From positions 97,756-161,755 of the forward strand of contig CAVZUR010000005.1 in NCBI GenBank assembly GCA_963778555.1: a stretch of 64,000 bases of DNA. Reading direction: 5' to 3'. Position numbers and translations under genes: made by a program. The notes under the pieces are model-generated. The model saw nothing but the letters and a program-made list of their open reading frames with translations, was not told where the DNA came from and searched no databases. Positions 26,505-36,414 of the stretch are shown one piece after another; position 1 is the stretch's first letter, and the number at the start of each line of letters is the position of its first letter. The DNA comes from Candidatus Moraniibacteriota bacterium. Its GTDB lineage: Bacteria; Patescibacteriota; Minisyncoccia; Moranbacterales; UBA1568.

Positions 26505-27869
26505 ATGGATCGTCGACTAGCCATTTTCATCGCTATCCTCGTCCTCACGAGCGCTCTCGTGGGCAGTTTTTTGTGGCATGGGGTAAAAGAGAGATCAATG
26601 GTTGTCGTGTCGAATGAAATGCCCCAGTCTGATTACCAGATAGTTTATACTGCCGAAGGCTACCAACCTGATCAGCTTGACATCCCGATCGGTTCACGCG
26701 TCGAGTTCAAAAATACCACTGAGATTCCGATGTGGACGGCTTCGGATCCACATCCAGTACACTCAGACTTCGCTTCTTTTGATGCCCAGAAGGCCTATTA
26801 TTTAGGCGAGACATTCGTTTTTCAATTCAAGGATGCTGGAACGTTCGGTTTCCACAATCATGAGAAGTCGATTCACCGTGGAATCATTCACGTGATAGAT
26901 CCCGATCACCCTTTGCAGACAATTGATAAAACGAAAGAGAGTCAGCGGTCGATGCGTGACAAGTACTTAGCCATGCTCGATCCGAATGATCCGAATTCAA
27001 TTTTTATTCTTTTAGATACCATTAAGTCCGATAGTATTCTTTCTCAGGATTATTGTCACGATATGGCACACGATCTTGGGCATCGGGCGTATGAAATGTT
27101 TGGATTTTCTGGCGCAATGACATTCAGCAACCCAGAGCATCTCCGCCATGCACCAGTAGATGATGTGTGCGGGGGTGGTTATATGCACGGGATCTTAGAG
27201 GAGATCTTTCTTCGTCGGCCAGCGTTGAAAAAGGATCCAGGCACGGTTTGTTCATCAGTACCTGATGATAGTAAACATCGCTGCTTCCATGGCGTGGGAC
27301 ACGGACTTATGTTTGTGAACAAGAGAGACTATCCCGCCTCCCTGTTGGGATGTCGACAGCTTGAACAGATCAAAAATAAAAAGCAATGTTTTGAAGGTGC
27401 TAGCATGGAACTTTTCTGGGGGAATACCGAACACACTGGAGCAGACTCACTTGGTTGGACGAAAGAGTCGATACTCCTTCCCTGTATGAACGCGAAAATG
27501 GACGAGAAGCCGTTTTGCTTTCTCTATGCGCATCTCGGATATCTGCGGACAAATCCGAAAGATTTCAATGGAGTGGTAAAGCTCTGTACACAAAACGGAC
27601 TCGAAAATAGAGATATAGACTTCTGTCTTAAGGGGGTTGGTGTCACAATGATTAAGCATTTTACTGAGCAGCATTTAGAGCAAACCGAGAAACTCGTTGA
27701 AGAACTAGACGCTGAAAAAAAATACTCCTACTATAGTGGCGTGATTGCTCATGCGAATCTCATGAAAGTGAGTGGGGTCAGGCTGAGTACTTTTTGCGAT
27801 GCCCTCAGGCACGATGCAGTGCTTTGTAGAAATGCTCTACGCGATGCCCCGAGTGTTCAAGATAATTAA
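26505..27869 (+). CDS. Secreted/membrane-anchored protein with N-terminal cupredoxin-like domain and Cys-rich C-terminal domain
   Basis: Signal anchor 'RLAIFIAILVLTSALVG'. 'IPIGSRVEFKNTTEIPMWTASDPHPVH...TFGFHNHEKSIHRGIIHV' β-sandwich/cupredoxin-like. Many conserved Cys in C-terminal half. Confidence 0.45.
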   Translation: MDRRLAIFIAILVLTSALVGSFLWHGVKERSMVVVSNEMPQSDYQIVYTAEGYQPDQLDIPIGSRVEFKNTTEIPMWTASDPHPVHSDFASFDAQKAYYLGETFVFQFKDAGTFGFHNHEKSIHRGIIHVIDPDHPLQTIDKTKESQRSMRDKYLAMLDPNDPNSIFILLDTIKSDSILSQDYCHDMAHDLGHRAYEMFGFSGAMTFSNPEHLRHAPVDDVCGGGYMHGILEEIFLRRPALKKDPGTVCSSVPDDSKHRCFHGVGHGLMFVNKRDYPASLLGCRQLEQIKNKKQCFEGASMELFWGNTEHTGADSLGWTKESILLPCMNAKMDEKPFCFLYAHLGYLRTNPKDFNGVVKLCTQNGLENRDIDFCLKGVGVTMIKHFTEQHLEQTEKLVEELDAEKKYSYYSGVIAHANLMKVSGVRLSTFCDALRHDAVLCRNALRDAPSVQDN

Positions 27870-27903
27870 TATTTGATATTTTATGCTAAATTTTGAACTA
27901 TCA

Positions 27904-29163
27904 ATGAAGCAACGCAAAGTGTTGGTGCTTTTTGCCACCTCGATTACTATTGCTTTTGGAGTATATTATTACTTTAATTTCAATTATTGTCGGACGCATG
28001 TTCCGGCGCGGAGCGAATTTGGTAAATTGCCAGTCTTGGATCCAGAAAAAGTAGATGGGAGTTATACGTTGCTTTCCCCCTTTACAGCTGGTAACAACCT
28101 TACGGATGAGGGAAACGTATATCTCGTCGATCTCTTCGGATTTCCGGTACATATCTGGAATACGAAATATCAGACCCTGTATGCTCAATTGCAAAAGAAC
28201 GGAAGCATCATTGTTTCGATGATTACTCCGTCTGATCTCAATAGCGCTCCGGGCGGAGGGAAAACGGGCTTGATACAGGAGCTGAATTGGAATGGCGAAG
28301 TACTCTGGGAGTACAGGAATGATTTTATCCACCATGATTTCGAGATTCTTCCTAACGGAAATGTCGCCTTATTGGTATGGGAAAGGGCGCCCGGCTCCTT
28401 TGCTGAGAAAGTACAAGGTGGTCGTCTAGAAGAAGGGAAAAACTTGGATGAGGTCTGGGTTGACGGCATCATCGAGGTCGATAGGGATGGCCAGGTGGTG
28501 TGGGGCTGGCATGCCTATGATCATCTACGTCCCGAGGCCTATGTGCTTAGTCCATACACCCCGAGAAGCGAGTGGACGCACGCAAATTCTGTGCGCTATT
28601 TTGAACGTAACGCATTGAATGGTCAGGCTGGATACCTACTGAGTCTGCGGCATTTGAATGAAGTTATCATGATTAGCCGGGAATCAGGAGATGTTTTTTG
28701 GGAAAGTCCGAAAGGTGCCTTTACGTATCAGCATGACGCGACGATTTTGCCCAATGGAAACATACTGGGATTTGACAATGGACTGTTCCGTTCCCAGGAC
28801 CGGCCTCTGTTGTGGAGTCGCGTCATTGAGATTGACCCGCTTTCGAATAAAATCATCTGGGAATTTAACGGTGGGAAAACTGGTCCGGAGAAAGCTCGGT
28901 TTGCCGCAAGTATCATGAGCGGCGCGCAGAGATTATCGAATGGCAATACACTCATAGTTGATGGGCCAAAAGGGCATCTCATTGAGGTGCGTCCAGATGG
29001 CCGTCGGGTATGGGATTTCATAAACCCTCACACGTCGATCAATACGGGATCCTTTGAAAATAACAGTATTTTCAAAGCCCGGCGTTACTTGCCTGAAGAG
29101 ATAGAGTGGCCGGAAAACATTTCAGCTCCGTTACCACAAGGCGCTCTTTTTTGCAGAGTATAG
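27904..29163 (+). CDS. Arylsulfotransferase (ASST)-like β-propeller protein with N-terminal membrane anchor
   Basis: Repeated 'NGN' propeller blades ('ILPNGNVALLVWE', 'ILPNGNILGFDNG', 'LSNGNTLIVDG') resembling the ASST family. Confidence 0.45.
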   Translation: MKQRKVLVLFATSITIAFGVYYYFNFNYCRTHVPARSEFGKLPVLDPEKVDGSYTLLSPFTAGNNLTDEGNVYLVDLFGFPVHIWNTKYQTLYAQLQKNGSIIVSMITPSDLNSAPGGGKTGLIQELNWNGEVLWEYRNDFIHHDFEILPNGNVALLVWERAPGSFAEKVQGGRLEEGKNLDEVWVDGIIEVDRDGQVVWGWHAYDHLRPEAYVLSPYTPRSEWTHANSVRYFERNALNGQAGYLLSLRHLNEVIMISRESGDVFWESPKGAFTYQHDATILPNGNILGFDNGLFRSQDRPLLWSRVIEIDPLSNKIIWEFNGGKTGPEKARFAASIMSGAQRLSNGNTLIVDGPKGHLIEVRPDGRRVWDFINPHTSINTGSFENNSIFKARRYLPEEIEWPENISAPLPQGALFCRV

Positions 29164-29279
29164 TCGGAATTCCATAAGTATAGTGTCAATATTTCCATTG
29201 TAATCTCATGGAGGATAATCTTCCGTCATTGCACCTGTGTGGTATCTTACTGGTAGAGTAAAGCACTTGATTCGTTAGT

Positions 29280-30245
29280 GTGCCTATGGGAAATACAGGA
29301 AAAAAGAAGATTCTGGTAACGGGTGGAGCAGGATTTCTGGGATCGCATCTCTGCCGGAGACTTCTCAGTGAGGGGCATGAAGTCCTGTGCGTGGACAACT
29401 TCTTCACGGGGAATAAGGACAATGTCTTGGATCTGCTCTCCCATCCGCGCTTTGAGCTCTTGCGGCATGACGTGACATTTCCTTTGTATGTGGAAGTGGA
29501 CCAGATTTATAATCTCGCCTGCCCCGCTTCGCCGATCCATTATCAGTTTGATCCGGTCCAGACGACAAAAACCTCGGTTCACGGTGCGATCAATATGCTG
29601 GGCCTCGCCAAACGGACCAAGGCGCGTATCCTCCAGGCCTCCACATCAGAAGTCTATGGCGACCCTGAGGTACATCCGCAGACCGAAAGCTATTGGGGGC
29701 ATGTGAATCCGATTGGCTTTCGCTCCTGCTATGACGAGGGCAAGCGCTGTGCTGAAACGCTCTTTTTCGATTACTATCGCCAGCATCAGCTCGACATTCG
29801 GGTTGTCCGTATTTTCAATACCTATGGACCAGGCATGCTCCCGAATGACGGCCGGGTTGTCTCGAACTTTATCGTCCAAGCCCTCCAGAACAAAGACATC
29901 ACCATCCATGGCGACGGGTCGCAGACGCGCAGCTTCCAGTATGTCGACGACTTGATCGAGGGCATGATTCGGATGATGAATCAGGATGGCTTTGTCGGTC
30001 CAGTGAATATAGGGAATCCGGGCGAGTTCACGATCAAGCAGCTTGCTCAAATGGTGCTCCGATTCATCCCGGAAAGCACCAGCCAGATCACTTACAAACT
30101 ATTGCCGGCCGATGACCCGCTCCAGCGCCAGCCGGACATTTCGCTCGCCAAGGAAAAACTGGGAGGCTGGGAACCACAGGTGAGACTTGAAGTAGGACTG
30201 AAGAGCACAATCGATTACTTTCGGCAGAAACTGCCTCTTTTGTAA
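29280..30245 (+). CDS. uxs: UDP-glucuronate decarboxylase (UDP-xylose synthase), NAD-dependent epimerase/dehydratase family
   Basis: '[20 protein letters not shown]...[12 protein letters not shown]...[45 protein letters not shown]' near-textbook UXS. Confidence 0.85.
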   Translation: MPMGNTGKKKILVTGGAGFLGSHLCRRLLSEGHEVLCVDNFFTGNKDNVLDLLSHPRFELLRHDVTFPLYVEVDQIYNLACPASPIHYQFDPVQTTKTSVHGAINMLGLAKRTKARILQASTSEVYGDPEVHPQTESYWGHVNPIGFRSCYDEGKRCAETLFFDYYRQHQLDIRVVRIFNTYGPGMLPNDGRVVSNFIVQALQNKDITIHGDGSQTRSFQYVDDLIEGMIRMMNQDGFVGPVNIGNPGEFTIKQLAQMVLRFIPESTSQITYKLLPADDPLQRQPDISLAKEKLGGWEPQVRLEVGLKSTIDYFRQKLPLL

Positions 30246-30310
30246 TCTCGCCGGCTCATTTTATACACATTTTGGCTTTCTTGCGTCCCGATTTGGCCTA
30301 GCGTATAATA

Positions 30311-32911
30311 GTGGCATTACCGAATAACATAATTTATTGCGCTATGGAGTCGTCCGAAAAGCCATCGTTTGCACGTTTTGGGAGTCAGGCTAATTTTGCA
30401 TCGAGTGACCGGGTGAATGGGGGAGTGGTCCGAACCGAGACGCCGCTTCGAACCGGTACCGGGACAGCCGCACCGTCCCGCGTGCAGACCGCCAAGGTAT
30501 TTGATCTCATCATCACCAGCGTGCTCGTCGTGCTCTTCGCAGGTATCCCAGTCTTTTTTACGGGACTCACATTTCAAGGTATTGCATTTGAAAAACAGAT
30601 CTTCTTCTACTGCTGTCTTCTGATCGGGTTCGTCGCGTGGGTCTCGAAGGGGGTCATGACGGGTGAGATGCGTATCCGCCGGACGCCACTGGATATCCCC
30701 ATCGTTCTCTTTTGGCTGTTCTCGATCGCAGCGACGGTTTTCTCAGTTGACCGATGGCACAGTTTCTGGGGATTCTTCGGCGACCCATCGCGCGGTTTCA
30801 TCAGTCTGACGGCTTTGGTCCTGGCCTACTTCTTCATCATGAGCCATTTCACCGAACGGCGGAGGAATCTCATGCTCGGATCATTCCTCGTGTCGGGAGT
30901 ACTTGTTATCCTGTGGAGTTTCTTGGTAGTGATGAAACTTCGCTTTCTCCCCGCGAGCTGGGAATCGATGGCACCCTTGTCCTTGGTCGGTTCGATGTCG
31001 ACGCTGAGCCTCTTCTTGGCCCTCCTCATCCCGCTCATGGTGACTGCCTTGTTCCTCTTGTTTCGTGAAGGATCAGGGGCCTCATTGATGTTGCGTCGGA
31101 GCGGGGCAGCTGTCCTCGGTGTCGCTTTGCTGCTCGATTTATTCTTGCTCCTCGCGCTCTATCCGTTCGTGTCGTGGCCGGTCGTTCTGGGTGGATTGGG
31201 ATTTTTCCTCATCTACATCCTCGCGCAGATTGTCCGTCCAGCCAGCGAATTGACCTGGATGCCGATGGTGATTTTCGTCGTCGTCCTCGCCTTTCTCATG
31301 ATCGGCCAAAACCAGCTCGTCCGGGCGACGCTGCCAATCGAGGTGACCCCGAACATGAAATTGTCCTGGCAGATTGCCAAGGAAGCACTGAGCGCCAATT
31401 TCCTCTCTGGCACTGGCTTGGGGACATACGGCTATGATTTCTCACTCTTCCGTCCGCAGGAGTTCAATGGCAATGCGCTTTACACGCTGCGCTTCTATCA
31501 GGGGACGGGTCTCGTCTTTGAAGCGCTGTCGACCGTTGGCATTGTCGGAACTATTCTGATGCTCGTTATCTGGTTCTCCTTCTTGTCGGTCGGACTCTAT
31601 CTCCTCACCATGGATAAGGCCAAGAACAAAGTCGCTTCGCTCGGCTTGTGGTCGGTCGCGGTTATGCTGTTCATCTCCGGCTTCGTGTCGCCCATCAATT
31701 CCACGATTCTCATTCTGAGCGTCCTGCTCTCGGCACTTGCACTCGCGACCCTCTTGCAGGAAAGCGGATCCGAAGAGCGGCATTGGGAACTTTCGTTCCG
31801 GGCGACACCAAAGTTCGCACTGGCCCTAGCGTTCGTATTCATGGTGGTCTCCGCAGGCGTGGCATTCCTCTTCGTCTTCATGGGTAAGGTGTTTCTGGCC
31901 GATATTTCGGCGGGCCGGGCGTCAAGGCTTCCGGCATCAGTCGAGGAGACCGTTCCCAAGTACTTGAAAGCCATTCAGCTCTATCCGCAGGAGGGTCGGT
32001 ATTTCACCCGTGTTGCCCAAGAATACATGGCGATCGCCAATGCCGAGGGTGGCAAGAGCGCTGAAGAAAGAGATGTGAACAAGATCGCCTTCGCGGTCCG
32101 TGAAGGCGTGGCCGCTGGTGTCCGCGCCCGTGACCTGATGCCGAACGATGTGCTCGCGACGGAGGCCCTCGGATTGGTCTATGAGAACGCGAGTATTTAC
32201 GCGACAGACGCGTTGCCCAAGGCGGAAGAGATGTATGCGCGTGCCCTGGAACTCGAGCCGCAGAATCCGCTGTTCTCCATCAAGCTCGGTCAGATCAGCC
32301 GGCTCAACGCGGATGGGAAGCAGGATCCAACTGAGAAGGCAGCACTCTTTGCAGCGGCCAAAGCCTCTTTCGAGAAGGCCATTGAGCAGAAAGCTGATCT
32401 CGCGGTCGCGCATTACAATCTCGCAGTCGTCAATTCCCGATTGAAGGACTATGACGCGGCCATCCGCTCCACCTCTCAAGCGATCCGTCTCGCGCCGTCG
32501 AACCTCTCCTTCCGCTATAATCTCGGGCTGCTCTATCAGGAGCGCAATGGCGAGGGTGATCGCAACCAAGCCGAAGCACTGTTCAAGAACGTGCTTGAAG
32601 CTAATGACCGGCTCATCGATGTTCGGCTCTCGCTCGGTCTTCTGTACGAGTCCGAAAGCAAGCGCGACCTGGCGATGGAGCAGTACGAAAAGATCCTCGT
32701 TCTCATCCCAGAGGATGAAAAAGTTTCGGCCAATGTGAAGCAGACCAGGACTCAGATTACACAGATCATCGAGAATCTTCGCTCTGGCAAAGGTAATATC
32801 CCGGCGGGGAGCAGCCTCGCTGAACCGGGTCCGACCACGCCAACGACCGTCGCACCGTCCGTTCCGACGACGAGTCAAAGCGAGTCACTCCTGAATGGGC
32901 CGACGCGGTAG
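30311..32911 (+). CDS. Polytopic membrane protein (O-antigen ligase/Wzy-like) with C-terminal TPR-repeat domain
   Basis: About 12 predicted TM helices in first ~520 aa. C-terminal TPR repeats ('AIQLYPQEGRYFTRVAQEYM', 'AVAHYNLAVVNSRLKDYDAAI', 'LSFRYNLGLLYQERNGEGD'). Confidence 0.6.
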   Translation: MALPNNIIYCAMESSEKPSFARFGSQANFASSDRVNGGVVRTETPLRTGTGTAAPSRVQTAKVFDLIITSVLVVLFAGIPVFFTGLTFQGIAFEKQIFFYCCLLIGFVAWVSKGVMTGEMRIRRTPLDIPIVLFWLFSIAATVFSVDRWHSFWGFFGDPSRGFISLTALVLAYFFIMSHFTERRRNLMLGSFLVSGVLVILWSFLVVMKLRFLPASWESMAPLSLVGSMSTLSLFLALLIPLMVTALFLLFREGSGASLMLRRSGAAVLGVALLLDLFLLLALYPFVSWPVVLGGLGFFLIYILAQIVRPASELTWMPMVIFVVVLAFLMIGQNQLVRATLPIEVTPNMKLSWQIAKEALSANFLSGTGLGTYGYDFSLFRPQEFNGNALYTLRFYQGTGLVFEALSTVGIVGTILMLVIWFSFLSVGLYLLTMDKAKNKVASLGLWSVAVMLFISGFVSPINSTILILSVLLSALALATLLQESGSEERHWELSFRATPKFALALAFVFMVVSAGVAFLFVFMGKVFLADISAGRASRLPASVEETVPKYLKAIQLYPQEGRYFTRVAQEYMAIANAEGGKSAEERDVNKIAFAVREGVAAGVRARDLMPNDVLATEALGLVYENASIYATDALPKAEEMYARALELEPQNPLFSIKLGQISRLNADGKQDPTEKAALFAAAKASFEKAIEQKADLAVAHYNLAVVNSRLKDYDAAIRSTSQAIRLAPSNLSFRYNLGLLYQERNGEGDRNQAEALFKNVLEANDRLIDVRLSLGLLYESESKRDLAMEQYEKILVLIPEDEKVSANVKQTRTQITQIIENLRSGKGNIPAGSSLAEPGPTTPTTVAPSVPTTSQSESLLNGPTR

Positions 32912-33007
32912 AGTCAGGGAAATTACCGGTTGCAGTCTCTCGTCTGTTCGCTGCGAAGTGCAAAAATTTCCAGTTGTAGCAGCAGGTCAGCTCCGAAAAC
33001 AAATACC

Positions 33008-33352
33008 ATGCGCAATATGCATCGCTTCGGTTCAGCCGTTCTGAAACGTCTTACCTTTGTCTTTGTTGTGGTGGTGATGCTCGTACCATTCGCAGCCTTC
33101 GCGGGTGTGATAGATGAAGCACAGCCGCTCACTGTCGGTCTGACGAATATCCTTGACTTTTTATTGTCGATTGTGGGCGTGGTTGGTATAATTGGGCTAG
33201 TGATTGCGGGTATCCTGTATTTCTCCGCTGCCGGCGACATGCGACAACTCGCTCTCGCCAAAAAAGCAACGCTCGGATCAATCACTGGCATTATCATCGC
33301 ACTCGGCGGATATGCCCTCATTCGGACCATTGGCGTGCTCTTCGCTACTTGA
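33008..33352 (+). CDS. VirB2/TrbC-pilin-like small secreted double-TM protein, array member A
   Basis: Signal peptide, hydrophobic helix, 'GILYFSAAGDMRQLALAKKA' loop, second helix. Confidence 0.55.
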   Translation: MRNMHRFGSAVLKRLTFVFVVVVMLVPFAAFAGVIDEAQPLTVGLTNILDFLLSIVGVVGIIGLVIAGILYFSAAGDMRQLALAKKATLGSITGIIIALGGYALIRTIGVLFAT

Positions 33353-33416
33353 AACACACATAAACATTCGCCTCAGCTACTGAATGTGGCTGAGCACTGA
33401 AAGGAGGTGAGAGGTT

Positions 33417-33788
33417 ATGCAAAAATTCAAAAAAGTTGCCTTCGGTGCTCTGAACGGGCTGCTCTTGCTCGCGCCGGCTGTGGCTCATGGTCAGTCTTGG
33501 GATGCTTCTATCGGCGCCGCACAGGCCAATTCGGGTCTGCCGACGGGATCGATATCGGGTATCATCATAGCGACCCTGACCTGGCTCCTGGGAATTCTCG
33601 GCTTTCTCGCGATGATTGGGTTTATCATCTCGGGTATTCTCTATCTCACCGCCGCTGGCAATGAGACGCAGATCGAAAAGGCCAAGAACGCTATGACATA
33701 CTCCATCATTGGTGTCATCGTAGCGCTCATGGGCTTTGTGATCATTCAAGCGGTTGATCTGTGGTTGGGGACGTCAACGACTTTCTAG
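33417..33788 (+). CDS. VirB2/TrbC-pilin-like protein, array member B
   Basis: 'MQKFKKVAFGALNGLLLLAPAVAHGQ' signal peptide; '...FIISGILYLTAAGNETQIEKAKNAMTYSIIGVIVALMGFVIIQAV'. Strong SD 'aaaggaggtgagaggtt' before ATG. Confidence 0.6.
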   Translation: MQKFKKVAFGALNGLLLLAPAVAHGQSWDASIGAAQANSGLPTGSISGIIIATLTWLLGILGFLAMIGFIISGILYLTAAGNETQIEKAKNAMTYSIIGVIVALMGFVIIQAVDLWLGTSTTF

Positions 33789-33794
33789 TTCGTC

Positions 33795-33850
33795 CTTTCC
33801 GATCGAAAAGGGAACACGACTCGCATCAGCGGGTCGTTTTCTTCGGACAG
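33795..33850 (+). terminator. Hairpin plus T-run after array member B (repeated after member C at ~34435-34490)
   Basis: 'gaacacgactcgcatcagcgggtcgttttcttc'; identical element downstream of member C. Confidence 0.4.
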
Positions 33851-34056
33851 AAACTGATTAGTCTCATGTCTTGAGTGTCTCAGACTGGGTAATGAAAAAG
33901 AATGTTGACAGTTGTGTTCAGATGTTTTAGACAGGCTTTTTAAGAAGGGATATACTAGAAGCATGTAAAAGTGCGTTGATTGTCTGGTAACGAAATATCT
34001 ATTCACATTCGCCTCAGTCACGTCGGTGACTGAGCACTGAAAGGAGGTGAGAGGTT

Positions 34057-34428
34057 ATGCAAAAATTCAAAAAAGTTGCCTTCGGTGCTCTGAACGGGCT
34101 GCTCTTGCTCGCGCCGGCTGTGGCTCATGGCCAAGCGTGGGACGCTTCTATCGGCGCCGCGCAGGCCAACTCGGGTCTTCCGACGGGATCGATATCGGGT
34201 ATCATTATATCGACCCTAACGTGGCTCCTGGGAATTCTCGGCTTTCTCGCGATGATTGCATTCATCATCGCGGGTATTCTCTATCTCACCGCGGCTGGTG
34301 ACGAGTCCCAGATCGAAAAGGCCAAGACGGCCATGACATACTCCATCATTGGTGTCATCGTGGCGCTCATGGGCTTTATCATCATTCAAGCGGTTGATCT
34401 GTGGTTGGGGACGTCAACGACTTTCTAG
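34057..34428 (+). CDS. VirB2/TrbC-pilin-like protein, array member C (recent tandem duplicate of B)
   Basis: About 90% identical to B including 5' UTR/SD and 3' terminator. Confidence 0.6.
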   Translation: MQKFKKVAFGALNGLLLLAPAVAHGQAWDASIGAAQANSGLPTGSISGIIISTLTWLLGILGFLAMIAFIIAGILYLTAAGDESQIEKAKTAMTYSIIGVIVALMGFIIIQAVDLWLGTSTTF

Positions 34429-34672
34429 TTCGTCCTTTCCGATTCGATTAGGGAACACGACTCGCATCAGCGGGTCGTTTTCTTTTGGGATGGGGCCAGT
34501 TTGCCCTTCGAGCACGAACGAGATTGACGGTGAAAAAAACCATTGACAGGATCGCTAACATGCTTTGGACAGGCGCAGTAGGAGGGGGTATACCACTACA
34601 CCAATATATTGGTGTAGTGGTATACTGAAACCATACAAAACTGGGTAAATTGTCTAACTCGCTGCGTGGAGT

Positions 34673-35053
34673 ATGTTTATAGAGAAAAATACAGGAACCG
34701 TGTTTATGACAGCCACGTTCGTGGCGCTAGTTGTGTTCGCTGCTTTCGGATTGACCTCGGAAGTCTGGGCTCAGTGGAATATGGCCGACCCGAACCTTGC
34801 CGACTCGGGCCTTTCGGATTCGACGGCCTATGACATCCTCGTGACGCTCATGAATTGGCTTCTCGCCATATTGGGCTTCATCGCCATTATCGCCTTTGTG
34901 ATCTCCGGCATGCAGTACTTGACGGCGGCGGGAGACGAGGGGTTGGCGGAGCGGGCCAAGAGCAATTTGAAATACTCCATCATCGGCATCATCGTCGCGC
35001 TCTCGGGCTATATTATCATCGTGACGATCAGTGACGTGTTCCTGTCGGCCTAA
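34673..35053 (+). CDS. VirB2/TrbC-pilin-like protein, array member D
   Basis: '...FVISGMQYLTAAGDEGLAERAKSNLKYSIIGIIVALSGYIII'. Confidence 0.55.
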   Translation: MFIEKNTGTVFMTATFVALVVFAAFGLTSEVWAQWNMADPNLADSGLSDSTAYDILVTLMNWLLAILGFIAIIAFVISGMQYLTAAGDEGLAERAKSNLKYSIIGIIVALSGYIIIVTISDVFLSA

Positions 35054-35093
35054 ACCTAACAGTGGGAGGCCAGTATCAAAGGCAGGATCAGTT

Positions 35094-35528
35094 ATGAGCG
35101 GCCGGAACAGTATGCACACAAAAACGAACACCCCCCAGCGAATACAGGTTTTTCCGAAGATTTTTTATTTCGGGGTTTTTCTTTTGTTTGGGGTATTGTT
35201 TCTCGGACCAACAGAGCTCTTTGCACAAACGTGTCCGGCTGGATTTAGTGCGGAGAATGGCACGTGTTGGCCTACCAATACAGGTCTCTCAGAGGCGTCG
35301 CTCTATGATATTATCGTGGCGGTCATGAACTGGATTCTCGCGATTGTCGGTTTCATCGCTATCATTGCCTTCACCATCTCAGGTGTCCAATATATGACCG
35401 CGGCCGGGGATGATTCGCAGATTGAAACCGCCAAGCGCAACATGAAGTATTCCGTCGTCGGTGTTATCGTCGCGCTTTCGGGCTATATCGTCATCGCGAC
35501 AATCGATAATTTGTTCCTGTCAGCCTAA
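35094..35528 (+). CDS. VirB2/TrbC-pilin-like protein, array member E, with short Cys-containing ectodomain
   Basis: 'QTCPAGFSAENGTCWP' then '...FTISGVQYMTAAGDDSQIETAKRNMKYSVVGVIVALSGYIVI'. Confidence 0.55.
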   Translation: MSGRNSMHTKTNTPQRIQVFPKIFYFGVFLLFGVLFLGPTELFAQTCPAGFSAENGTCWPTNTGLSEASLYDIIVAVMNWILAIVGFIAIIAFTISGVQYMTAAGDDSQIETAKRNMKYSVVGVIVALSGYIVIATIDNLFLSA

Positions 35529-35590
35529 GTGGCTCAGGTGTCAGTGCACCCAGAGAAAGTCTCAAAAAAACAGCCAGTCACTCGGATAGC

Positions 35591-36400
35591 ATGAACACAA
35601 AAAGAAACCGGCGACCCCATACTGAAATCTTCCCAAAAATGATTGTTTTTGGTGTTGTTCTGTTGTTCGGAGCATTGTTTCTCACGCCTTCTCCGGCGTC
35701 GGCCCAGAGCTGCGTCGGGACCTGTGTGCCGAACTCTATCGGCTGCCAGGGTACGCTGATTCCGGGTCCCGGTACTTGCCCAGATCCGGCGAATGAAGAA
35801 TGTTGTTGGGGCGGTGCGATCCCTGATCCAGTACCGACTGGGGGTGGTCCAGCAGCTTCAGCTGGTGGCGGACCGGTCTCTATGACGTCTACAGACGTCT
35901 CCAATCCGCTCAGCTTCACCACAGTGGATACGCTTTTGACGAACGTTCTCGGTTTCGTCCAGAGCTTCATGGTCATCCTCTCCCTCATCTTCATCGTCAT
36001 CGGCGCAATCATGTATATCACCTCGGGTGGGGACTCGGGCCGTATCGAGACGGCCAAGAAGGCCATCGCCGCGGCTCTCATCGGCCTGGCCATCGGTATT
36101 GCGGCCCCGGCCTTCCTGAAAGAGATCGCCCAGATCCTCGGCTGGACCGATGTCCCGAGCAATGTGAGCGGTGCCAAGTCCCTCCTCGAAATCGCCGGCG
36201 GCGTTCTGAACTTCCTCCTCTCTGTCGTCGGCATCATCGCCCTCATCATGCTCGTCGTCGGTGCCCTCATGTATCTGACCGCGGCCGGGGATGAAGATCG
36301 GATCGATACCGGCAAGAAGATCGTGAAGTACTCCATTATCGGCATTACGATTGCTTTGGCCGCCATGGTCTTGGTGCGGCAAGTCGCGGGGTTTTTCTAA
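35591..36400 (+). CDS. Pilin-like array member F: Cys-rich ectodomain plus two tandem pilin-like double-TM modules
   Basis: 'CVGTCVPNSIGCQGTLIPGPGTCPDPANEECCWGG'. Module 1 'GAIMYITSGGDSGRIETAKKAIAAALIGLAIG'; module 2 'GALMYLTAAGDEDRIDTGKKIVKYSIIGITIALAAM'. Confidence 0.55.
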   Translation: MNTKRNRRPHTEIFPKMIVFGVVLLFGALFLTPSPASAQSCVGTCVPNSIGCQGTLIPGPGTCPDPANEECCWGGAIPDPVPTGGGPAASAGGGPVSMTSTDVSNPLSFTTVDTLLTNVLGFVQSFMVILSLIFIVIGAIMYITSGGDSGRIETAKKAIAAALIGLAIGIAAPAFLKEIAQILGWTDVPSNVSGAKSLLEIAGGVLNFLLSVVGIIALIMLVVGALMYLTAAGDEDRIDTGKKIVKYSIIGITIALAAMVLVRQVAGFF

Positions 36401-36414
36401 ACTGATACGAGGCT

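Noticed and set aside
33360-34500. Possible CRISPR-like or other regular-repeat array suggested by the repeated leader/terminator units
   Set aside because: There are only two units of ~640 bp, and each contains a full protein-coding gene. This is a tandem gene duplication, not a CRISPR array.
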